From the IMG/VR virus record IMGVR_UViG_3300042887_000846: a stretch of 56,828 bases of DNA; one strand, given 5' to 3'. This stretch comes from an uncultured virus (IMG/VR IMGVR_UViG_3300042887_000846). Taxonomy: Duplodnaviria; Heunggongvirae; Uroviricota; Caudoviricetes. Under the pieces are notes generated by a model that was not told the origin of the DNA, did no database searches, and saw only the letters and a program-made list of their open reading frames with translations. The position numbers and the translations under genes are program-made. This document shows, piece by piece, positions 32,174 through 42,347 of the stretch (position 1 is the first letter of the stretch; every line of letters begins with the position of its first letter).

Positions 32174-32398
32174 ATGAAGGCTGTAATTTGGAGTAAGGAT
32201 TACTGCGGTTTTTGTGACCGCGCAAAAAGATTGCTAGAACAAAAGGGCATCACTTACGAAGAACGTAAGATTGGTAGCGGATATACTAAAGAACAGTTAT
32301 TAGAAGCAGTTCCCTCAGCAAGAACAGTTCCGCAGATATTCATAGACGATGAATATGTCGGTGGTTTCACTGAACTACAACAGAAATTTGGAGCATAA
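32174..32398 (+). CDS. Glutaredoxin
   Basis: CGFC active site, TVPQIF, GGF. SD AAGGAG. Confidence 0.93.
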   Translation: MKAVIWSKDYCGFCDRAKRLLEQKGITYEERKIGSGYTKEQLLEAVPSARTVPQIFIDDEYVGGFTELQQKFGA

Positions 32399-32399
32399 T

Positions 32400-32699
32400 A
32401 TGGATATCAACAAAAACGAAACATACACATTTAAGTTAAACAGCGGTGAAGAATTAGTCGCTAAAGTGATAGAGGTTAAAGATAATTACGTCATAGTGTC
32501 TAGCCCGGTTTCAGTAGCCCCGGGTCCTCAAGGAATGGGGTTGATGCCCAGTTTGTTCACTAACGACCAGCGTGGAAATGTCAGACTAAATACTAATAGC
32601 ATTGCTCTAGTTGCGGATACAGAAGAGGCAGTCAAGATGAAGTACATCGAAGCGACTACCGGAATCAGTGTCCCTTCTAAGAAAATGATATTAGGATGA
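32400..32699 (+). CDS. Hypothetical protein, small Sm-like beta-barrel type (start moved to MDINK)
   Basis: FKLNSGEELVAKV pattern common in T4-like phages. Confidence 0.65.
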   Translation: MDINKNETYTFKLNSGEELVAKVIEVKDNYVIVSSPVSVAPGPQGMGLMPSLFTNDQRGNVRLNTNSIALVADTEEAVKMKYIEATTGISVPSKKMILG

Positions 32700-32702
32700 T
32701 AC

Positions 32703-32981
32703 ATGCCACAATTAAGTCGCAAGGGTGATAAAAATACTACAGGAGGAAAGATTGTACGCGGAGCCGAGACGGTATTCTGTAACAATATTGCTGTAGGTCT
32801 ACATAAGAGCGACATCACCCCGCACGATCCAAAAAAGAATAAGAAGCCGCACCAAGCGGCTAAAACCACTGACGGTAGTCCTACAGTATTCGCAGAACAC
32901 TCTCCTGTGCTTAGAGTTGGCAGCGGAAACGACTGCGGACATAAGATAGTTCAGGGTAGCGATAACGTGTATGTCGAGTAA
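32703..32981 (+). CDS. PAAR-like spike tip protein
   Basis: SRKGD, ITPH, GSPTVF, LRVG..NDCGH and GSDNVYV. Confidence 0.85.
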   Translation: MPQLSRKGDKNTTGGKIVRGAETVFCNNIAVGLHKSDITPHDPKKNKKPHQAAKTTDGSPTVFAEHSPVLRVGSGNDCGHKIVQGSDNVYVE

Positions 32982-32984
32982 GTC

Positions 32985-34919
32985 ATGGCAGATACCGGTA
33001 AACAAAGTCCCTTAGGCGTAAACGTAATAGGATCGATATTAGATAATATCGGTTTCTGGATAAACCCTACGGCTGAAAGTTACATGGGCAGTAATAAACT
33101 GACATGGACTGAGGTTCCCGGTTCTAATGCTGACTATGCTAAAACTTCAAATAATTTAACATTCGGTAGGACAGTAGAAGAAACATCACTTAAGTGGATC
33201 ACATGGTCTATCAATGATGCATTCTTTAGGGGCGCGGCAAGCAAACTTAATCCACTGTTATCGGTCGGCACTATCACAGCAACGACATATAATAATCTAT
33301 TATCTATAGGTCAAGATGCGGCTACAGGTGGAAAATTTTTGCCTGCATTAGGTAATAGCCCACCATATGATAACTGGACTAGGCAGAATGTTAACACATG
33401 GGATCCTACGTATACGTGGAAGAATCCACATCCTGAACTATACTCGCATGAATTAGCAGGTCCACCTGCATTCTCAGGATATGGATTGTTTAGTTGGACT
33501 AATCCTATATATGAAGGTTCATATTCTGTTAGTAGTCCTTTCGACCCTCCCACTAGAGTTAAGTACGCTTACATCAATGAAGGTCAATTAGCAAGTTGGT
33601 GGCCGTTCAAGGCTACAACGTCATCCGGTGTAGTACCTAACAGGGGAATCACTCAGTGGGGTTGGTTGAGAGTGATTCCGTTACAAGCATGGAATGAATT
33701 TGATTTCAACAACGAGTTAAAAATAAAAGGGTATAATCCACAAAGATATTGGATCCAAGAACCTTTGAATACTCCTGAGTACAGAATGTTTGTAGATAGT
33801 TTCATGAGTTTCTATGGATTCATGCAATCTACAAATGAAGCGATATATTCTATAACAAACAGCCGATCTTTCTTGAAGGGAACGTATTCAAATATGGACG
33901 ATCTCATCACGGCTGACGTAGCAGGAGCATCATTAGCATTTAAAGAATTCGGTCAAGATTTATTGAACTTAGGTAAGATAATTGATTGGCAGTATATAAA
34001 GTCATTTGGTCTACCATCTACATTACTAAAAACTCTAAACAACAATAATGCGATAAATGGCAGTTTGAATTTAGCACTGTTGACTTCTGGTATACCGCAA
34101 GCACGAATCACTGATATTGCTACAGGTTCTGAGACTGCCACAAAAGAAGAAGAACAAAAAATGTATGGTTCCTTCTTAGTTATTGTTGGACAAGATTTAA
34201 AAGAAATATTAACTACTTGCTTTTGTAGTACAGTAGGTATAACTACGTTAGGTGATTGTCTCAACATCAAAAAACTATTTCCTAATAGTTATAGCACGTT
34301 GACAGTGCCTACATACAATGTATCACAAAGCGCCGTACAAAGTGCAAAAACTTATTATCCGTTGTTCCAGCCAAATACAGGTAACGTCAACCCGACATTA
34401 GATTCTCCGGCTATGCAAGATAAGATAGGCACGTTAGTACCACCTGGGGCACCTCCTATCACTCTAGTTCCTCCTATGATAGAAACTAGCGTCAGCGAAA
34501 GTAATTTCGGTCTGACTAATAACAGTGTAGATGTATCGGTGACAGAAAACAAGATGGCTATAGCAGAAGGTGTATTAACATCAGAAACTTTAGCAGCGGT
34601 ACAGGATGTACCTAACACTCCTAAGTTATTGCAAGAGAATGTTGATACTAATCCTACTGTAAACTCTGCAATTATTTCAACGGGAGAGTTCTTAGCACAA
34701 GGTTTTGTTAAGGCAACGGCTAGAGAAATTCAAAACGCACCTAATATACCTGCACCAACCCCGCAACCTACACCTAACGTGATTTCAGAAAACACACCTA
34801 ATAAATCAGGTGTAGGAATATCAGGTTCAGGTATAGGAACAATATCACCGACGGGTGGAAAAACTAGCCTCGGTGGCGGATTTTTCCAAGATGATATAGG
34901 TCAATTGGACGATAAATGA
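32985..34919 (+). CDS. Large hypothetical protein, probably virion/baseplate
   Basis: 644-aa ORF directly after the PAAR gene. No family recognised. Confidence 0.6.
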   Translation: MADTGKQSPLGVNVIGSILDNIGFWINPTAESYMGSNKLTWTEVPGSNADYAKTSNNLTFGRTVEETSLKWITWSINDAFFRGAASKLNPLLSVGTITATTYNNLLSIGQDAATGGKFLPALGNSPPYDNWTRQNVNTWDPTYTWKNPHPELYSHELAGPPAFSGYGLFSWTNPIYEGSYSVSSPFDPPTRVKYAYINEGQLASWWPFKATTSSGVVPNRGITQWGWLRVIPLQAWNEFDFNNELKIKGYNPQRYWIQEPLNTPEYRMFVDSFMSFYGFMQSTNEAIYSITNSRSFLKGTYSNMDDLITADVAGASLAFKEFGQDLLNLGKIIDWQYIKSFGLPSTLLKTLNNNNAINGSLNLALLTSGIPQARITDIATGSETATKEEEQKMYGSFLVIVGQDLKEILTTCFCSTVGITTLGDCLNIKKLFPNSYSTLTVPTYNVSQSAVQSAKTYYPLFQPNTGNVNPTLDSPAMQDKIGTLVPPGAPPITLVPPMIETSVSESNFGLTNNSVDVSVTENKMAIAEGVLTSETLAAVQDVPNTPKLLQENVDTNPTVNSAIISTGEFLAQGFVKATAREIQNAPNIPAPTPQPTPNVISENTPNKSGVGISGSGIGTISPTGGKTSLGGGFFQDDIGQLDDK

Positions 34920-34920
34920 T

Positions 34921-37191
34921 ATGGCTATGACACCACCACCAGAAGGCTTTGATTCATATCTTGATGGCATATTGCCACCTGATCAGGCTATATTAGCCGG
35001 CGCCTTTGCGTACACTATGCAACAGGTTAGAAATATAGATAAAGTTCCTGCAACTGACTTTGCTAAAGTAGTATACAGCATGGAGAACGCTTCAGTAGGA
35101 CTACCGCAAATAAACGGTAGCGTTGTTGATAATTTTCAGATACCTACAAATAAACCATTAGCCGACAACGGCACTAGAAAAGAAGCGTTGGGCGCGGGCC
35201 CGCAAGGCACTTATACCATGAGCAATTTCTTTGGTGCTATGAGTGGTCTTCCTTATCCTTGGGTAAGAATGACACAGTTGATCAAAGATACAGAAACATT
35301 TAAGTTGAGAAATACATATCAAGAAATGTTTCTAGCAGTTACATGGCAAGAAGCATCGATGGACATCTTGCAACCAGATTATTATAAAATTGCAAAACCT
35401 TATGTGGCTCCTACAGTAACACCTAACAATACTAACCCTGATTATCAACCTGACGGTACTGTGAAGACCGCAGGATCATTTACAGTAGGTTGGGAGTTCA
35501 CTATTACTACTGTAGGCACTACTGATTTTACTTTGATAGGCGCCGCAAGTAATACAGTTGGGGTGACTTTTGTTGCTACCGGCGCCGGCGCAGGTGACGG
35601 TACTGCGACCCCGGTCGTTAACTTAAATCAATATGTAAATCCTACTACAGGCGCAGAAACAAAAAGCCCTTCATATTATAGTGACGGTGGTGAGCGCGAG
35701 TATTATGACTGGTATTATACAGTACAATGTATGCAAATTGAAGATGGCGGCGGATATGGAAGAGGATCTGCACCTCCGCCTAAAGTACAAGTCGCCATAC
35801 GTTTTCCAAATGGATCATATGATACTGTTAGAAACATAAATGTAGGCACTGTGCCAAATCCGATTTGGACTTCTCCTACTAGAGCCAATGTGACTACAGT
35901 ACAAGGTACTAATCCACAGGACTGTGCATCGATAGAACGTAAGTCATATGGTAGAGTGACTGCAAGAATAAACAATGGCGGAGCATACTTGTGGCTACCA
36001 CTAGACCCGCAACAGAAAGATATATATGGCAGACCTTGGGAAGATAAGACAGGTCAAGATACAGTGTTGTATGTTGATGGCAACCCGGTCGCTAATCCTC
36101 CACCTACACCAGTCTACCCGCCGAGACCAGAACAAGAGATAAGAGGTACATCATTGTCGGATCCTGGCATGATGCCTATAGAAACTATAACGATTGAATA
36201 TCCGCCTATACAGCCTTTACCTGTACAGGCAAACGGCAATAAAGCAGTTGATGGTGTTAACACACAAGGAAGGGTCACTTGTAGATTTGGACTTATGCCT
36301 AACCCACCTGCTACAGTTTTCTGGACTAGCCCTGGTAATAGTGTGACTCAAGGTTATATCAATCAAGCGAACATAGAGATTCAAACGGTTATCGCACCTA
36401 CAACCCCCTATTATCAAGAATTGTACAACTTGTGGGAAATTTTAGGCATTAATATAAAATTAGAGCAACGTTCACGTTATATCGCACTTGCCCCGGTACC
36501 CGTGCCTTGGGACACAAGATATGCAGATATACCTGTGTCATTGAACGGTTTCGTTGATAGCATACCTGAATTTGCTCAACAAACTGAACCAAACATGGCA
36601 GCACAGACTTTAGAAAACATCAGCAATGTCACTACACCAGGCGGCCAAAGCGTAGTAGCGCAGATGAGACAAGAGAGAAATCAGACTAGACTAGCAGAGA
36701 TAGGCATAGAGTTAGATAACGGTATGGGCAAAAAACTACCACCTAGAGAGCAAACAAGGTGGATGGTCAACGGCACACTACCTACAGCAATAACAGGTAT
36801 ACCTGGCGCTACTGGAGCAGACATAGACACACCGATATATGTCATACCATCCTATCCTACTATAACTGTACCTATAACTTATTGGGATTGTGTAGATAAT
36901 ACATTAAAGATCGTCACTAACTTAGCACCAGGAACTATAAGACCTATACTAGAAGGAGAGGGATGTCCTATAGTGGGCCCAGAAATACCAGTAGGTCCTG
37001 GACCCGAATTCCCGCCCCCGGGGAATCCGTTTGATCCAGGCGGAAATAATGGATCAAATCCGGGAGGTGAAAAACCGCCCGCTAATACTAATAGAAATAC
37101 TACTAGTACAACACTGCGTCCAAGCACATATTCTGTGCAAGATGCTATAGATAGGGTAATATCGTGCAACTGCGACTGCTGGATAGAATGA
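34921..37191 (+). CDS. Large Pro-rich hypothetical protein, probably virion
   Basis: 756-aa ORF. TAGSFTVG..GTTDFTLIGAASNTVG insert and C-terminal CNCDCW. Confidence 0.6.
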   Translation: MAMTPPPEGFDSYLDGILPPDQAILAGAFAYTMQQVRNIDKVPATDFAKVVYSMENASVGLPQINGSVVDNFQIPTNKPLADNGTRKEALGAGPQGTYTMSNFFGAMSGLPYPWVRMTQLIKDTETFKLRNTYQEMFLAVTWQEASMDILQPDYYKIAKPYVAPTVTPNNTNPDYQPDGTVKTAGSFTVGWEFTITTVGTTDFTLIGAASNTVGVTFVATGAGAGDGTATPVVNLNQYVNPTTGAETKSPSYYSDGGEREYYDWYYTVQCMQIEDGGGYGRGSAPPPKVQVAIRFPNGSYDTVRNINVGTVPNPIWTSPTRANVTTVQGTNPQDCASIERKSYGRVTARINNGGAYLWLPLDPQQKDIYGRPWEDKTGQDTVLYVDGNPVANPPPTPVYPPRPEQEIRGTSLSDPGMMPIETITIEYPPIQPLPVQANGNKAVDGVNTQGRVTCRFGLMPNPPATVFWTSPGNSVTQGYINQANIEIQTVIAPTTPYYQELYNLWEILGINIKLEQRSRYIALAPVPVPWDTRYADIPVSLNGFVDSIPEFAQQTEPNMAAQTLENISNVTTPGGQSVVAQMRQERNQTRLAEIGIELDNGMGKKLPPREQTRWMVNGTLPTAITGIPGATGADIDTPIYVIPSYPTITVPITYWDCVDNTLKIVTNLAPGTIRPILEGEGCPIVGPEIPVGPGPEFPPPGNPFDPGGNNGSNPGGEKPPANTNRNTTSTTLRPSTYSVQDAIDRVISCNCDCWIE

Positions 37192-37287
37192 TGTCCAAAA
37201 TGTTTGCAGTAATTAAAACAATAAGTTAAGATAGATACTTATTGTGTCTTATCTAAAGGCAGAGGGCAACCAGCCGAGGAGAAAGAA

Positions 37288-37815
37288 ATGGAAAAATCAT
37301 TACAGAGTATCAATCTGTTGATCGGACTTTTGTTTGTAGCATTGCTAACGTTCATGATAAGCAATAACAGGATCAAGATGATCAAAGCAAACACGGCCGC
37401 AAAAACAGAAAGCGTTGAGAGCATAGAGAAGAACCTTTCTTGTCTAGCACTTAACATTTATAGAGAAGCAGGCCATGAGCCTTTCGAGGGAAAGGTCGCT
37501 GTAGCACAGGTAACTATAAATCGTACACGCGACCCTAATTTCCCTGATACTGTATGCGAAGTAGTGTATCAGAAAAATTCGTTTATGGGTAAAGTTGTAT
37601 GCCAATTTAGTTGGTATTGTGACAATGCACACAGAATGCGCCCTATAAACAAACAGGCGTATGAAGAGAGTTACAAAGTAGCCAAGATGGTCTACTTAGA
37701 AGACTTCAAGTTGGAAGGACTTAAGGATGCGTTATATTATCACGCAGACTATGTAAATCCAAACTGGAGAAAAAAGAAAATAACCAAGATAGGAGCACAT
37801 ATTTTCTATGAATAA
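37288..37815 (+). CDS. SleB/Hydrolase_2 cell-wall hydrolase with N-terminal membrane anchor
   Basis: CLALNIYREA, GKVAVAQV..NR, CQFSW, YYHADYV.P.W and IGAHIFY. Confidence 0.92.
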   Translation: MEKSLQSINLLIGLLFVALLTFMISNNRIKMIKANTAAKTESVESIEKNLSCLALNIYREAGHEPFEGKVAVAQVTINRTRDPNFPDTVCEVVYQKNSFMGKVVCQFSWYCDNAHRMRPINKQAYEESYKVAKMVYLEDFKLEGLKDALYYHADYVNPNWRKKKITKIGAHIFYE

Positions 37816-38170
37816 TGACCTTAAACTCAACACGGAAAACAACTTCATGGATAAAACATATGATTATACCAAGCGTTTTTTCAAACGCATGTGGTTAGAG
37901 TTTAGAGCAAGCATTCGCAAAGTCACAATCGATGGTATCGGTTGGACGGCATTGTTGACATTACACGCAGTCACTATTCCTACATTGATTGGATTGATGA
38001 CTGGATTGAGCGACAAGACACCACCAATCGATATGGTATTGATTTTGTGGATCGGTATGGCATTGTTCTATCTAAAGAGTATTCTTGAAAAGAACGTTGT
38101 TAGCATCATCATTATTGGTCTTGGATTTATCGCACAAAGTGTACTGATGGCTCTTGTTTTCTTTAAATAA
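37808..38170 (+). CDS. Small multi-TM membrane protein (possible holin-like, unproven)
   Basis: Three hydrophobic segments. Overlaps the hydrolase stop codon. Confidence 0.6.
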   Translation: MNNDLKLNTENNFMDKTYDYTKRFFKRMWLEFRASIRKVTIDGIGWTALLTLHAVTIPTLIGLMTGLSDKTPPIDMVLILWIGMALFYLKSILEKNVVSIIIIGLGFIAQSVLMALVFFK

Positions 38171-38174
38171 GAGT

Positions 38175-38681
38175 GTGAGCGAAGATCCTAATAAAAACAA
38201 TTCCGCAAAAGGACGAGAGAGTTTCGATGTAACAGTCGGAAACTCTCTTGTTTCTTTTTTTAATAGGAATGCGACCAACTATCCTACAGAAGTAGGTGCA
38301 CCTAAATTTGACCTAGTCCCGGTCACTAAACAAAAAGACATCATGCTCAATGTGGCTAGACTTCATGCTAGCCAAGAATATGATCGTATCATGGAACTTG
38401 TTAATGTATTGCAGAAACAAGCACAACAGATACAGCATAGATTGAAACTCACCGATATGGTACACGGTGCAAAATACAATTTTCAATTGTACCATAATCA
38501 ATGTTATTGGCTTGCGTTTGATCATAGAAAAAACTATACTATACTTACTCCGTTAGGCCCTACAGATTGGTGTACTGGAGCCCCGCATGAGTATGAGTAC
38601 ATCACAAGAGTAAAATGGCTAGGTGACTATACTTGGATAGAAGTTAACCCTGACGGAACAGACGGACAACAAACATTATGA
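38175..38681 (+). CDS. DUF2452-like hypothetical protein (start moved to GTG)
   Basis: YPTEVGAPKF followed by a coiled segment and a DYTW-type end. TAAATA lies 5 nt before the GTG. Confidence 0.65.
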   Translation: MSEDPNKNNSAKGRESFDVTVGNSLVSFFNRNATNYPTEVGAPKFDLVPVTKQKDIMLNVARLHASQEYDRIMELVNVLQKQAQQIQHRLKLTDMVHGAKYNFQLYHNQCYWLAFDHRKNYTILTPLGPTDWCTGAPHEYEYITRVKWLGDYTWIEVNPDGTDGQQTL

Positions 38682-39238
38682 CTAAGATTAGCAAGAGCCC
38701 ACAAAGAAATACTTTTCAAAAAGAAAAGTACATTGAGCGTTGCCAAAAAGAAGGTATAGAACCTTCACAGGATTATTTAGACATGTGGCTAGAAGATGAT
38801 AAGCGCCGCATGTCTAAATTCAATGATCCACAAAGCAGAGTCAATAATATGGAATATGATTTATTGACTACTGATTGGATATTAGAAAAAGTACGTAATG
38901 ATGAAGCATACGCACAAAATCTATATGCCAGCATGTGTAATACTGATTTTGTCAGAAACGATGTATGGCCATTATTGAAGGGTGAAAAGTGGAGTTGTAG
39001 TTGGCGCTATGCAGGGGGTATCATTGCTGATATGTGCCAAGAGGGAGACTACATAGATTGGTACTGTTCAGGTATACGAGGTGATATGTCTGAACCTTTT
39101 GATCCTACACCAGAGCAAATCGAACGTATGAAAATAACTGAGCGGTTTGTAGGTGAAGGTCATGTGACTGATGAGATTCGTAGTGACTTATTAAAGTTAG
39201 GATGGGTAGTTATCGATGACGACAGCCAGCCCATATAA
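38678..39238 (+). CDS. Conserved-looking phage hypothetical protein
   Basis: WSCSWRYAGG and GDYIDWYCSG motifs. ATGA overlap. Confidence 0.7.
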   Translation: MTKISKSPQRNTFQKEKYIERCQKEGIEPSQDYLDMWLEDDKRRMSKFNDPQSRVNNMEYDLLTTDWILEKVRNDEAYAQNLYASMCNTDFVRNDVWPLLKGEKWSCSWRYAGGIIADMCQEGDYIDWYCSGIRGDMSEPFDPTPEQIERMKITERFVGEGHVTDEIRSDLLKLGWVVIDDDSQPI

Positions 39239-39246
39239 ATACAGTT

Positions 39247-39393
39247 ATGATCAATTTAAATAACCTTCACGGCGGCATTAAACTCATCAAAGAGATAATG
39301 GACAAAAATAATAATAAGAGACAACCTTGGTCTAGAGACAAGCAGAAAGAAAAGGTGTCTTCACTTAAAAATTATAAACCTAAATCAAAATGA
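39247..39393 (+). CDS. Small basic protein (48 aa), not in the ORF track
   Basis: MINLNNLHGG...KPKSK. Perfect TATAAATA lies 5 nt before the ATG. Confidence 0.5.
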   Translation: MINLNNLHGGIKLIKEIMDKNNNKRQPWSRDKQKEKVSSLKNYKPKSK

Positions 39394-39556
39394 ATGTTGA
39401 ATCTCCTTGTATAGGACTATGCAGGCTTGAAAACAAAATATGTATAGGATGCCAGCGCACCGATAAAGAAATTCAACAATGGTACTATGCAGATAATCAG
39501 CAGAAGTTAAAAATACTTGAAGCAGTAGAAAAAAGACGCAAGCGATAGGGGTAGAT

Positions 39557-39868
39557 ATGAGCGGCGACCAAATCAAAGCAAGAGTTAGTAAGCGCAGATT
39601 AAAAGATGACAACGCAGTTCGCAAACAAGTCAAGATAGCAAAAGCGCATGGTCTTACACCAAAAGATAAGCAACTAAAAGAACCGCATAGATATGCAAAA
39701 CATCATGCTATGGATTGCGGTAATCCCGGCTGCATTTTATGTAGCAATCCTAGACACAACAAATTATTTAAAAAAGATAAACTTACTATTCAGGAACGAA
39801 AGTTCTTTCAAGATGTGGATAACAAAAAGTATAAACACGGTAACGGAAGCATCGAAGAAGATAATTAA
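39557..39868 (+). CDS. Basic Cys/His (Zn-binding?) hypothetical protein
   Basis: HHAMDCGNPGCILCSNPRH. GGGGT upstream. Confidence 0.7.
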   Translation: MSGDQIKARVSKRRLKDDNAVRKQVKIAKAHGLTPKDKQLKEPHRYAKHHAMDCGNPGCILCSNPRHNKLFKKDKLTIQERKFFQDVDNKKYKHGNGSIEEDN

Positions 39869-40007
39869 TCTATCTTTACTGCTACTATTACTTTTTGGGC
39901 TAAGTCTATTGATCATACCCGCTATAGGTATAATGTTCGGGGCATTACGAAATTTTATGGGCATCTCTTAGGCATATAAGTATTTCACTGACCTATAGGA
40001 GATATAT

Positions 40008-40580
40008 ATGAAAACAGTAGGAGATAAATTAAAGCCCTTCGCCGTAGTTGGCGTTAAGCCAGGCAAGTTGACCCCAGATGATGCTTTTGAAACTATCACA
40101 GAAAAGAGTTTTGAAGGCAAGTGGAAAGTAATTGTTTACTATCCAAAAGATTTTACTTTTGTCTGCCCAACTGAGATCGTTGCTTATGACAAGTTGAACA
40201 AAGATTTCGCTGATCGTGATGCCGTATTACTAATCGGTAGCACAGACAACGAGTTCTGTAAACTAGCATGGCGCGCAAATCATGAAGATTTGAAGAAGAC
40301 TAACAGTTGGATGTTTGCCGATGTTAAGCGCGAGACATACAATGACGTTGATGGTTATAGTAATGAAGGTTTGATCGATCAACTAGGTGTATTCTACGCA
40401 CCGGCTGGTGCAGCATTACGCGCCACGTTCATCGTTGACCCACAGAATGTTATTCAGCACGTTACTGTAAACAACTTGAATGTTGGTCGTAGCCCAGAAG
40501 AAACATTGCGTGTACTAGACGCTTGCCAGACAGGTGAACTATGCCCGTGCAATCGTACTATCGGCGGTGAAACACTGTAA
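40008..40580 (+). CDS. ahpC: 2-Cys peroxiredoxin AhpC
   Basis: YPKDFTFVCPTE, ALRATFIVDP, VGRS..E.LR and LCPC. SD AGGAG. Confidence 0.95.
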   Translation: MKTVGDKLKPFAVVGVKPGKLTPDDAFETITEKSFEGKWKVIVYYPKDFTFVCPTEIVAYDKLNKDFADRDAVLLIGSTDNEFCKLAWRANHEDLKKTNSWMFADVKRETYNDVDGYSNEGLIDQLGVFYAPAGAALRATFIVDPQNVIQHVTVNNLNVGRSPEETLRVLDACQTGELCPCNRTIGGETL

Positions 40581-41224
40581 TGCTTGAAACTATCTGCGAA
40601 ACGCTTGTAGAGGCTTATCGTAGAAATTGGATCACAAGTCGTGATGGCAATGTTAGTATTCGTCATCACGACCGTGATCACTTCTATATAACACCTAGCG
40701 GTGTACGTAAGCAAACACTACAGCCTGATCAATTCAAAAAGATAGGCATAATGCATCAACCTATTGATAGATGGAATTGGACTGATTTGCCTTACACAGA
40801 TATAAGCAAAAATCTTAGACCAAGCGGCGAGTTACCATTACATTTTGGTTTACAAAAGATGATGGGGCAACATAGTAACGATGTTCGTGTCGTGATGCAC
40901 TTTCATCCTACATATTGTGTAGCAGCCATGCATGCGGGTATAGATTTAAGCACAGTCGTAAATGATTTTCCCGAACTAAGCCGTTATACAAAAGTAGCAA
41001 AGAATGTACCAGACGTACCTCCTATCAGTCAAGAATTGGCTGATCGTTGTCTTGAGAATCTAGAATTGACTAACAATGGCACTATATCTTATGATATAGT
41101 TGGCATCAAAGGTCACGGAGTAGTAGCAATTGATACAAGCCCGTGGCGTGCGTTTGAACATATAGAAAGACTAGAACACATTTGTAAGATCGTGCTTTCT
41201 AGCAGAAAGGTTCATAGTGCATGA
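40580..41224 (+). CDS. Class II aldolase/adducin family protein
   Basis: DGNVS, ITPSG, PSGELPLH, HFHP and GHGVVA. Confidence 0.88.
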   Translation: MLETICETLVEAYRRNWITSRDGNVSIRHHDRDHFYITPSGVRKQTLQPDQFKKIGIMHQPIDRWNWTDLPYTDISKNLRPSGELPLHFGLQKMMGQHSNDVRVVMHFHPTYCVAAMHAGIDLSTVVNDFPELSRYTKVAKNVPDVPPISQELADRCLENLELTNNGTISYDIVGIKGHGVVAIDTSPWRAFEHIERLEHICKIVLSSRKVHSA

Positions 41225-41426
41225 GTCTAATAAACGCAGTTTAGCAAAAGCAGTAAGTTGGCGAATCACCGGTACTGTAGATACATTCATAATAAGTTTT
41301 TTTGTGACGGGTGAAGTAGCATTAGCGGGTGCTATTGCAGTAACAGAAGTAGTGACGAAAATAGTTTTATATTGGTTGCATGAGAGAGTTTGGAATAAAG
41401 TGAAGTGGGGTAAGACAGATGCTTGA
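41217..41426 (+). CDS. DUF2061-like small membrane protein
   Basis: RSLAKAVSWR...YWLHERVW. Confidence 0.8.
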   Translation: MHESNKRSLAKAVSWRITGTVDTFIISFFVTGEVALAGAIAVTEVVTKIVLYWLHERVWNKVKWGKTDA

Positions 41427-41814
41427 GTGTTTGATATTAGGTGATAGCATAGCAGTAGGTACACATCAAGCAAGACCTGAGTGTGCTGTATATGCTAGAG
41501 GCGGAATCAACAGTAGAGATTTCGTTAACAGATATATAGGCAAAGACTTAGTTGCCGACACAGTAGTTATCAGTTTGGGTTCTAATGACCATAAAGGTAT
41601 TAAGACTAAAAACGAATTGATGGATTTGCGAAGTCAAGTAGTAGCAAAAAAAGTATATTGGATACTGCCTGCAATCAAACCAGAGATACAGGAAATAGTA
41701 GAAGAAGTAGCACACAAGTATGGTGATTGGATGATTAGAATTCCTCATCTTTCAAATGACGGTGTGCATCCTACTAGGCAAGGATATAAGAAAATAGGAG
41801 ATATAACAAAATGA
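41419..41814 (+). CDS. SGNH/GDSL hydrolase
   Basis: LGDSIA, LGSND and DGVHP blocks. Confidence 0.85.
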   Translation: MLECLILGDSIAVGTHQARPECAVYARGGINSRDFVNRYIGKDLVADTVVISLGSNDHKGIKTKNELMDLRSQVVAKKVYWILPAIKPEIQEIVEEVAHKYGDWMIRIPHLSNDGVHPTRQGYKKIGDITK

Positions 41815-42347
41815 ATGGATTAAGAAATTGGGTAGAAATTATCAAAGATAGCATCCCTGACCATAGTAAAGATATAAGATTAAATCTTGACGCAGTAATT
41901 AATCGTAGCCTGTTGAGCAAAGAAGATACACATGCAGTCGCATTAACAAGCGCACTTGCGGCAGGCAATGGAGAACTAGCGTTTGCGATCATGACTTCAG
42001 GAGAGTTGGATGAATTTCCTAAAGAAATGGAAGCCGCAAAAACAGCAGCGAGCCTAATGGGAATGAATAACGTATGGTATCCATATGTCGAGATGACACA
42101 GGATCCCGAACTCAAAGGCTTACCTGCAGGATTGCGTATGAATGCATACGCAACACACGGTGGTGTATCAAAGAAGCAGTTTGAGATGTATGCACTAGCC
42201 GCTAGCGCAATAGGTAAATGTCATTTTTGTGTTAAGAACCACTATGATGTTCTTAAGAAGGAAGGAATGACTACACCAGAACTACATCACGTAGGTAAAA
42301 TCGCTGCCGTGATTAATGCCATTAGCAAAGTAGCGCCAGATTTATAA
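41811..42347 (+). CDS. ahpD: Alkylhydroperoxidase AhpD
   Basis: KDIRLNL, LMGMNNVWY, E....A.S....CHFCV..H. Confidence 0.92.
   Translation: MNGLRNWVEIIKDSIPDHSKDIRLNLDAVINRSLLSKEDTHAVALTSALAAGNGELAFAIMTSGELDEFPKEMEAAKTAASLMGMNNVWYPYVEMTQDPELKGLPAGLRMNAYATHGGVSKKQFEMYALAASAIGKCHFCVKNHYDVLKKEGMTTPELHHVGKIAAVINAISKVAPDL

Noticed and set aside
39693..39971. 92-aa ORF overlapping 39557-39868
   Set aside because: Most of it overlaps a better ORF. The hydrophobic 3' part could be a small membrane peptide, but I found no convincing start.
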